Assembly: GCA_030390025.1 (NCBI GenBank)
Contig: CM059433.1
Span: forward strand, 20,648,001 to 20,712,000
From: Squalus acanthias
Taxonomy: Eukaryota
Direction of reading: 5' to 3'
DNA: 64,000 nucleotides
How positions within the stretch are numbered: the stretch's first letter is position 1; every line of letters starts with the position of its first letter. The translations under genes and the position numbers were made by a program. The notes under the pieces are model-generated. The model was not told where the DNA came from and ran no database searches. It saw nothing but the letters and a program-made list of their open reading frames with translations. Of this stretch, positions 37,561 to 47,429 are shown one piece after another.

Positions 37561-38531
37561 GTTATTTCATTCACTCAATTCACAATCAATACCAGCCAAA
37601 TTGTGCCCGGCCATAAAACTCATTAGCACAGGATTTTAACAGCTGATGGATACAACATAACAAACTGTAGAAATAGAAGGCTGTTTGGTTCATCAAAATC
37701 ATTCCAAACACAGACCATGTGCAATCCACCCTATCATGAATTTTACTCAACCCATTTAATCTCTTGAGGAAAGGTTCCATAGTTTTGATTTACTCTCCAA
37801 AGAGAAATTATGCAAAATGCTGAATATTTAACCTGACATCCCTTTTCCTCCTTGACCAGTAACCTTTCTTTGAAAAACATTTTCATCTTACAGAAATTCA
37901 GCAACCACTTTGTTCTGTATCTGATCGTCTCTGCTTATAACCCATGCTTATCCTTAGAACCTTCATTCCTGTTGCCAAACGCTTAGTTACCCAGCTCCTT
38001 TTTTAAAGTGTTAGTTGGTAAAGGATTAACAATTTAAGGTAGGAGTCTCAATCATGTATATCTGACTCTGTGGATGGGCCTGGGTATTAAATTCCTTCTA
38101 ATCTCACCTTTCTTGAGGCTTGTTAATTCTACACTTGTGTTCACCAGTTCTGCAGTCCAAGTCAAATAATGCATTTGCATTGACATGATCCATCTTCTCA
38201 ACATTTTAAATATCTGGATCATGTCTCCTCTCAGATGAAAGCAAGTTCAGGTCTGTGAGTGTTCTTCATTACTTCAAGCCCTTTGCACTCCAACTGTGGT
38301 TTTAATGTGTGCAGCTCCAACAGATAGCAATAGAGAGATTCACTGGGCAGATTCACTGGGCTATGGCCTGGTATGAGGAAACACAAATACGAAGAAATAA
38401 TTCAAAAATTTGCCTTGTTCATCATAACAGAGGGGATTAAGGTGTGATTTAATAGAGGTGTTTAAAATTATGAAGGGAAGAAGACTGTTTGCAATGATTG
38501 CAGGCTCTAGAATGAGGGCACATAGATATAA

Positions 38532-41500
38532 CGGGAACAGTAGTGTAGTGGTAATGTCACTGGGCTTGTAATCCAGCGACCTGGACTAATGATCCAGAGA
38601 TGTGAGTTCAAATCCCACCACGGCAGCTGGGGATTTTAAATTCAGTTAATTAAATAAATCTGGAATTTCAAAAAAAAGCTAGTAGCAGTAATGGTAACCA
38701 TCTGGTTCACGAATGTCCTTGAGGGAAGGAATTCTGTCATCCTTACCTGGTCTGGCCTATATTTGACTCCAGACCCACAGCAATGTGGTTGACTCTTAAC
38801 TGCCCTCTGAAATGGCCTAGCAAGCCACTCAGTTGTACACACACCACTATGAAAAACAATAATAAGAATGAAACTGGACAGACGACCTCGGCACCGGCAA
38901 CGGCACAGAAAGCACAGTCAACCCTGCAAAGTCCTCCTCACCAACATCTGGAGACTTGTGCCAAAATTGGGAGAGCTGTCCCACAGACTAGTCAAGCAAC
39001 AGCCTGACATAGTCATACTCACAGAATCATACCTTTCAGCCAATGTCCCAGACTCCTCCATCACCATCTCTGGGTATATCCTGTTCAACCGGCAGGACAG
39101 ACCCCCACCAGGGGTGGCGGCACAGTGGTATACAGTCGGGAAGGAGTGGCACTGGGAGTCCTCAACATTGACTTCGGACCCCATTACATCTCATGGCTTC
39201 AGGTCAAGCACAGGCAAGGAAACCTCCTGCTGATTATCACCTACCGCCCTCCCTCAGCTGATGAATCAGTACTCCTTCATGTTGAACACCACTTGAAAGA
39301 AGCACTGAGAGTAGCAAGGGCACAAAATATACTCCGGGTGGGGACTTCAATGTCCATCACCAAGAGTGGCTCGATAGCACCACAGCTGACCGAGTCCTGA
39401 AGGACATAACTGCCAGTCTGGGCCTGCGACAGGTGGTGAGAGAACCAACATGAGGGAAAAACCTACTTGACCTCGTAGTCACCAATCTACCTGTCGCAGA
39501 TGCATCTGTCCAAGACAGTATTGGTAGCAGTGACCACCGCACAGTCATTGTGGAGACGAAGTCCCGTCTTCACACTGAGGACAGCTTCTATCGTGTTGTG
39601 TGGCACTACCACTGTGCTAAATGGGATAGATTCAGAACAGATCTAGCAGCTCAAAACTGGGCATCCATGGGGCGCTGTGGGCCATCAGCAGCAGCAGAAT
39701 TGTATTCCACCACAATCTGTAACCTCATGGCTCGACATATCCCTCACTCTACCATTACCATCAAGCCAGGGGACCAACCCTGGATCAATATGGAGTGTAG
39801 AAGAGCATGCCAGGAGCAGCACCAGGCATACCTAAAAATGAGGTGCTAACCTGGGGAAGCTGCAACACAGGACTTACATGCCTGCTAAAAACCAGAAACA
39901 GCATGCTAAGAGTGGTCCCACAATCAACAGATCAGATCAAAGCTCTGCAGTTCTGCCACATCCAGTTGTGAATGGTGGTGGACCATTAAACAACTAACGG
40001 GAGAAGGAGGCGCCATGAATATCCCCACCTCAAGGATGGTGGAGCCAAGCACGTGAGTGCAAAAGACAAGGCTGAAGCGTTTGCAACCATCTTCAGCCAG
40101 AAGTGCCAGAGTGGATGACCCATATCGGCCTACTCCTGAGGTCCCTACCATCACAGAAGCCAGTCTTCAGCCAATTCGATTCACTCCACGTGATATCAAG
40201 AAACGGCTGAGCACACTGGATACAGCAAAGGCTGTGGGCCCCCGACAACATCCCGGCTATCGTGCTGAAGACTTGTGCTCCAGAACTAGCCGCGCCTCTA
40301 GCCAAGCTGTTCCAGTACAGCTACAACACTGGCATCTATCCGACAATGTGGAAAACTGCCCAGGTATGTTCTGTCCACAAAAAGCAGAACAAATCTAACC
40401 CGGCCTATTACTGCCCCATCAGTCTACTCTCAATCATCAGCAAAGTGATGGAAGGTGTCATCGACAGCGCTATCAAGCAGCACTTACTCACCAATAACCT
40501 GCTCACTGATGCCCAATTTGGGTTCCGCCAAGACCACTAGGCTCCCGACCTCATTACAGCCTTGGTCCAAACATAGACAAAGGCGCTGAATTCCAAAGGT
40601 GAGGTGAGAGTGACTGCCCTTGACATCAAGGCAGCATTTGACCGAGTGTGGCATCAAGGAGCCCTAGTAAAACTGAAGTCAATGGCAATCGGGGGAAAAC
40701 TCTCCACTGGCTGGAGTCATACCTAGCACAAAGGAAGATGGTTGTGGTGGTTGAAGGTCAATCATCACAGCCCCAGGACATCGATGCAGGAGTTCCTCAG
40801 GGCAGTGTCCTAGGCCCAACCATCTTCAGCTGCTTCATCAATGATCTTTCCTCCATCATAAGGTCAGAACTGGGGATGTTCGCTGATGACTGCACAGTGT
40901 TCAGCGCTATTCACAACTCCTCAAGTAATGAAGCAGTCCATGCCCGCATGCAACAAGACCTGGACGACGTTCAGGCCTGGGCTGATAAGTGGCAAGTAAC
41001 ATTCGCGCCACACAAGTGCCAGGCAATGACTATCTCCAACAAGCGAGAGTCTAACCACCTCCCCTTGACATTCAACAGCATTACCATCGCTGAATCCCCC
41101 ACCATCAACATCCTGGGGGTTACCATTGACCAGAAACTTAACTGGACCAGCCACATAAATACTGTGACAACAAGAGCAGGTCAGAGGCTAGGTATTCTGT
41201 GGCGACTGTCTCACCTCCTGACTCCCCAAAGCCTTTCCACCATCTACAAGGCACAAGTCAGGAGTGTGATGGAATACTCTCCACTTGCCTGGATGAGTGC
41301 AGCTCCAACAACACTCAAGAAGCTCGACACCATCCAGGACAAAGCAGCCCGCTTGATTGGCACCCCATCCACCACCTTAAACATTCACTCCCTCCACCAC
41401 TGGCACACCGTGGCTGCAGTGTGTACCATCTACAAGATGCACTGCAGCAACTCGCCAAGGCTTTTTCTGCAGCACCTCCCAAACCCGCGACCTTTTCCAC

Positions 41501-41783
41501 CTAGAAGGACAAGGGCAGCAGGCACATGGGAACACCACCACCTCCAAGTTCCCCTCCAAGTCACAGACCATCCTGACTTAGAAGTATATCGTCGATCCTT
41601 CATTGTCGCTGGGTCAAAATCCTGGAACTCCCTCCCTAACAGCACTGTGGGAGTACCTTCACTACACGGACTGCAGCCGTTCAAGAAGGGGGCTCACCAC
41701 CACCTTCTCAAGGGCAATTAGGGATGGGCAATAAATGCTGGCCTTTCCAGCGACGCCCACAACCCATAACCAAATTAAATAAA
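38532..41783 (+). mobile_element. Full-length CR1-group LINE family A with a tRNA-like 5' head and a single disrupted APE-RT ORF (~38930-41721)
   Basis: APE motifs LLTNIW, PDIVILTESYL, TYRPPS, (G)DFNVHH, LDLV and SDH. RT motifs GVPQGSVLGP and FADDC. atataa is duplicated at 38526-38531 and 41784-41789 inside an older CR1 fragment (~38400-42060). Confidence 0.9.
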
Positions 41784-42175
41784 ATATAAGAGTTAGTGTA
41801 AGAGATTTAGGACGGAGAGATGTGAAGCTTTTTACACAGAGGGCTGTGAGGCTGTGGAAGCATCACCAGAGTTAGTGATTGAAGCAGAGGTCATGCCAAC
41901 ATTTATAAATAAGTTAGTTAGGTGGTCGAAGGAAAGGGCATTAGAGTGATTATGTGAACAGAGCGGGCACATGGGATTAGGACAGCTGCTCCTGCAGAGT
42001 ATAAACACTAACACAGACTGGTTGGGCCGAATGGCCTGTTTCCATGTTGTAACTCTATGATGTCAAAATCATTCTTCTTATCAACTGAACACTCTTCAAT
42101 GTTCTTTTGAAGATGATGTATCAAAACTCCATACAATATTTCAAATATGGTTCCACCATGAACTAATAAAATTAA

Positions 42176-42274
42176 GAAAGCAGACAAGATTCCGAAAGGA
42201 CTACAGATCACGAACCCACTCAAGTCGACATACAACACAGACTACGCTGAGAGACCACCGGCATCTCCGCATCA
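42176..42274 (+). mobile_element. Tiny Penelope-family insertion
   Basis: Ends in caccggcatctccgcatca, the same tail as the 34755 and 35062 elements. 12-bp TSD taataaaattaa at 42164-42175 and 42275-42286. The body is an open frame KKADKIPKGLQITNPLKSTYNTDYAER. Confidence 0.7.
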
Positions 42275-44431
42275 TAATAAAATTAATATAATTTATTTTA
42301 CTAAAAAGTTAACATTTAGACTGATAACTGCCTCATGCAAAATAGATGTGCATTCCATCAATGCAGTTAATACTAACATAATCACACTGTTTTGAAGAAG
42401 AGCAGGGGAGTTAACTCTGGTATGCTGACCAATATTTATCTCTCAATCAACATAACAAAAACAGATTATCTGGTCATTATCACATTGCTGTGTGGGAGCT
42501 TGCTGAGCGCAAAATTGGCTGCCGTGTTTCCCACTTTACATTAGTGGCTACACTTCAAAAGTACTTCATTGGCTGTAAAACACTTTAGCACATCCGGTGG
42601 TTGTGAAAGGCACCACATAAATGCAAGTCTTTCTTTCTATAAACTTCCAGTCCCGAATTACAATACTGTACATCTTCTGACTGCAGTGCTGCTGCATGTT
42701 TTGTTTATTGAGCTCGGTGGTCAGCAGATCAGCTTTTTCCTGTGTAACTGAAAACAATATTTTGACCCTACGATTAACAAGGAACATTATTAAAAGATAG
42801 CTGATCGCAAACAGTGGGATCCTTGACTGCTTCTCTTTGTTCCCCTCCCTGGGCTGAAATGTAGTGTGCCGACTGCTACCCTAGTTAACTAACTCAGCAG
42901 AGCCCGAGGATTAACCTCGGATCTTTCTGCTGTGATTTGCTCAGTACCGGTGTGGATGATACATTTCTCCTCAAAGCTATCAAGGTAGCTACAAGATTAT
43001 ATTGTGTATTTATATGACACATACATGAGGACGATGTAAATAGTCATCTCACAGTGCAGCTGTCTTTGGGAGACGTGTGAAGCACCTTGGGACGTTTTAT
43101 TTTGTTAAAGGCGCGATATAAATGCAAGTTGTTGTTGTGTACGAGCAATGCGGATGTATCACTTTTATATGGGTTGTTGCTTTGTTGTTGGCTGTTACTT
43201 CTAAATATAACTTTTGCTGCTGTTGCTGCCATCACGTACATGGTAAATAAGCAATCTGTTACAGAAGCTGAAGCTTTGCAGTGATGAATTACACTGTCAA
43301 ACTCCACAACACCAGGGAGGTAAAACCTCTTGAAACTGTCATTGTCACAATAACCTTTTCACTTCTGGCGGCTGCTGGATCATGTCTTCTGGAAGAAATA
43401 TGTGACCCTGGAAACATTAGAGTGCAATTTTTTTCTTTTTTGCTTGGAGCCACTTCCATTAGCCTGCAAACAATGCATTAAAAGAGAGAGAGAGAGAGAG
43501 AGAGAGTAAGGAAGAACTGGAAATAAAGCAATCATTCTCAGCTGGTTATCTGGAGGTGAGGTTCCCCAGTGCTTAACTAACAGCCCTGATTCAGCATTGC
43601 AGAGAAGCAAATCCCAATTGTATTTGCTGCCTAGATTGTTGAGAGTACTATTTACTAGTCAACAAACTGTAGGGAGGTATAGCTTTAAATCAGTTCGTCT
43701 TGGTGATTCCCCTGATAGTTCAGTTGGTAGAGGCAACATGTTACAAGAAAGAAAGACTTGCATTCATATAACACCTTTCACGACCTCAGGACGTCCCAAA
43801 GCACTTTACAACCAATGAAGTACTTTTGAACTATAGTCGCTGTTGTAATGTAGGGAACACGGTAGCCAATTTGCGCACAGCAAGGGCCTACAAACAGCAA
43901 TGAAATAAATGACCAGTTCATCGGTTTTAGGTGTTGGATGAGGAATAAATGTTGGCCAGGGCACTGGGAGAACTCCCCTGTTCTTCTTCGAATAGTGCCG
44001 TGGGATCTTCAATGTCCACTTGAGAAGACAGATGGTTCCTCGGTTAAACATATCGGGCCAACATTTGCGATCGGAGGCTTCCTGCGGGCGGATGCCTCCG
44101 AACTGCAGAAATTCTATGAATGTTCCTGGTGGCCCGGCAGAAACGGAGGCTTGCGATCCTGCGTCTCTCCAGGTCGCCGCGGGCAGAGGCCCATGTATCC
44201 CAGGGGCACCTGCGGTTCGTAGGCGCCCCTGGGATCACGTGGGCCAGCCCAACTAATAAAAGAAGGGAATCCCCATTCATACTTATTGGAGTTCCATACG
44301 TACGGCATCGCCATAAGTATGAATGGGGATCACTTAAAAAATACACCATCACATGAAATAATTTTTTTTTAAATTGCATATTTAATGAAATGGCATTTTA
44401 ATTAATTTTAAATATTTTAAACAAAAATTAA

Positions 44432-45299
44432 GGGGTAAAAATTAGGTCGTCTGGACGCAAATATTAGCGCCTGGCGCTAATTATCGGCACTGACTGGAAA
44501 CTTCACTTTTAACGCCCCGGGAGGTGAGTGGAGCGCTAAATCAGGCGCTGCACACCTGTCTTAAGGCGCAAAGGCCAAGGAGTGAGGCGCTAACTCAGAG
44601 CGCTGGCGAAGCTCATGTAATGTCAGTCAGCAATGGAACACACACACAATGGCACGGGCCAGTTCTTAAAGGGGATGGTTAATCTTGCTTTCCATCCACA
44701 TCCTGTTCATTGCAGCCTTGAATCTCGGCCTGGAGAGACTTGCACATCAAATGTGCTGGAAAGAACAATGGAGAGTACCAGGCAAAGAGCTCAGCGTGCA
44801 GCTCCCATAGTCTCTGCTAAATCGATACAAGGAATGGCAAATCAAAATGAACCTGCAAAGTGCTGCTCAGTACCCAAAACTCCTTCACACAACGTTGAAT
44901 CTCTCCAGAAGTCTCTCACTCTCTCTCTCAGAATGCGTAGTTCAAAAATGCCACCAACAATAAAAGACAGGAAGAGGCCCCCTTTAAATAGCGCCCCCCC
45001 CAGCCCCACAGCGATTGATAGCGTTCCAATCTTCTGGTCGTTGCTAGCGTCAGGCGGTAAGGCAGGGGGCGCCACTCAATTTCCGCTCCGGGGCGCCACA
45101 AGGGTGTTGCACCATGGAATGACGTCATAATCTGCGCGCGCAGGTGGTCGCAGCGGTAAGTTTTAGCACCGCCGCACAATCTCTAGTTAAGTTCCCGAGC
45201 GGCGCAACCATCGCTGCGCCCGGGCGTTAGTGGCATTGCGCCCCATTAGCGCCCTCTTAAGGCGCTAACGGGAGGCGCAACCAACTGAATTTTTACCCC
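44432..45299. mobile_element. Internal-deletion derivative (868 bp) of a Harbinger related to 4340-8238
   Basis: TIR GGGGTAAAAATT at both ends. TAA TSD at 44429-44431 and 45300-45302. Retains the Myb 5' region (MESTRQRAQR versus MDRPRERAQR) joined to the transposase promoter and 5' UTR. Confidence 0.88.
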
Positions 45300-45325
45300 T
45301 AAATTTTTTGAGAAAAAAAAATTAT

Positions 45326-45955
45326 GGGGGGTAACTTGGCTCGCTACTTTTAGTGCCCCAAAAAAGTGAGCGCCCCCGCGCCTGAAATTCAATGGTAGCG
45401 CCCCAAGCAGGAGGCTGGGCGCTATTGGACATGCTCCCCCTCCCTCTTGGGGCGCTCCCATTGAATATTGCTGCGGTACGACAGGCCGCCCTCCCCCGAT
45501 TAAAGGGGAGGGGCCTAGCGCAGCGCGCACCGGGGCCCTGCTGGACCACTGGGGAGCGGGGTGCCGGCAAAAGAGCCCGGCACTCGAGGAGTGCCAGGCT
45601 GACCGATCGCGGCCGGCACCCCGCAGGAGGAGGCCAGAGGGGGAAGGTGCTGGCAGGCGGCCCCCCATCGCTGCCCCAGCCACAAAAATGCCACCCTGAC
45701 CCTGTCAGACATAGCGTCTGGCGGTAGGTCAGGGGGCGCAAGCCAAGTTTGCGGCCGGGGCGCGAGTGGGGCGTTGCGCACGGCGATGACGTCATCACTG
45801 GCGGCGCCACGCCGCGGGGCATTACCGGCTACTGCCACCGCTAACCTCCCGCTGAATTTTGCGGGAGGCGTTAGCGGTGCCGCCCCCAGGCGTTAGTTGC
45901 TTTGCACCACTTGGGGCGCTAACGGGAGGCGTAAAGCAACCAAATTCTTTCCTCC
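45326..45955. mobile_element. Second nested non-autonomous Harbinger-family element
   Basis: The right end (reverse complement ggaggaaagaatttggttgctttacgcctcccgttagcgcc) matches the left end of 4340-8238. GC-rich with gcgcta repeats. TSD is unclear. Confidence 0.7.
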
Positions 45956-47091
45956 AAATTCTTTACGGGGCTAAAAATAAATTTACCTTATTGAAGAGTA
46001 TTTTTAATTTATAAATGAGTGATAAAATTTTATTTTTCTATTTTTTAAAACTCTAATGCAGGTAAAAGCAGGCCTTACGCCTGCTTTTACCAGGCATAAG
46101 AATTTGACAGGCCTTTAGCGGGCGGAAGTTGTGCAAATAGCGCAACTCTCCGCCCGCGAATGCCCTTTTCCCGGGGATGCGGAGGATTTGTCAGGGGAAT
46201 TCTTGACAGATCGCAAGTGCTGGGTTTTAACGCATTCGCTTCACATGCCTAAACCCGGAACTTGCGCAGCCCCTTTGGGCGCATACACACCTCGTACACA
46301 CCCGTAGAGGTTGCAAAATACGGCCCATCATCTGAAAAATGGCACCTCCAACAGTGCAGCATTCCCTCAATATACTCAATGAGTGGAGCGATCGGTCTGC
46401 TCGCTTTATCACACTAGTGAAGAGGCCCGAACCATTTTCATTGGTTGGCCTCATTTGAATCGAATCAGCAGGCTGCCAACACTCAATGAGCATTGACAGG
46501 TAGCTTGCCGAACGGGGAAGGGCAGAAAATTGGGTGGCTCCTCCACAGAGCCAAGCCACAGACTAATGTATAATCATGGAAGGCATGGAGCACTTTGGGC
46601 ATCAGGTAAAGGAGAGGGACTGGTAACAGGGCAGAAAATCGTCTCTTAATTTACGATGACAGATCCAACCGTATGCAGAACTCCAGCAAGCCTGGCAATG
46701 GTATTAAATAAATGCAGTTGGGCTGTGCTGGTGCTGGACCCATGCATTTGAAGCAATTGTCCTTTTTACACACCATTTCCCCATTTTTCTGTTTTCTGCT
46801 TGATTTTAATGGCCTATTGCTGGTGAGGTGGGACCTGTAAGGGATCTAGCTCAGTGTGGCTTTGGGTAGAATGCTTTCCATTCTTCTCAATCCTGTTGGT
46901 TGCTTATGTTAGGTTCGCACTCGGTTCTTTCCCATGTTATTTTTCCATAAGTGGATCACCGTATACTTTATGGGGGTGGGTGGGTGGATGGGATGGGAGT
47001 ACATTCACTCAACACCAATTTCTGGGACAAATTGCAAGGGACTAGTTGTCACCCCAGCTCAAGTCTTATCTGCCAATTAATTGAAAACCCA

Positions 47092-47278
47092 AAATAACAA
47101 CAGAAAACGCTGGAAAAACTCAGTAGGCCAGGCAGCATCCATGGAGAGAGAAACAGAGTTAACGACCTGAAACGTTAACTCTGTTTCTCTCTCCACGGAT
47201 GCTGCCTGGCCTGCTGAGTTTTTCCAGCGTTTTCTGTTGTTATTTCGGATTTCCAGCATCCGCAGTATTTTGCTATCG
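47092..47278. mobile_element. Palindromic element, probably a second Penelope-like family (hairpin plus tail)
   Basis: 73-bp inverted arms at 47092-47164 and 47173-47245 (2 mismatches), 8-nt loop, 33-nt tail. 14-bp TSD taattgaaaaccca at 47078-47091 and 47279-47292. Confidence 0.75.
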
Positions 47279-47429
47279 TAATTGAAAACCCATGTTGCTT
47301 GAGGTTGTGACTGCCACTTAATACTCTCTAGGCAGCTGACACCTGGTGTATGGCTGTCCATACTGAGCTGAGGCTGTTTTAAATATATAGAAGTCATCAA
47401 CTAGATACATGAAATATTTATTTATGTAT

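Larger units (their letters stand above)
44055..46326. mobile_element. MITE of the 26469-27237 family containing two nested Harbinger derivatives
   Basis: TIRs GGGCCAACATTTGCGA and GGGCCGTATTTTGCAA, ATC TSD. The arms align with 26469-27237. Confidence 0.82.
43748..46370 (-). mobile_element. Deu-SINE (43748-44054 plus 46327-46370) split by a MITE
   Basis: The SINE sequence …cctcggttaaacat-atc | atc-atctgaaaaatggcacctccaacagtgcagc is continuous across the insertion. Confidence 0.8.

Noticed and set aside
44430..46330. CpG island promoter or GC-rich ORFs of 100-166 aa
   Set aside because: Fully explained by nested Harbinger-derived elements.
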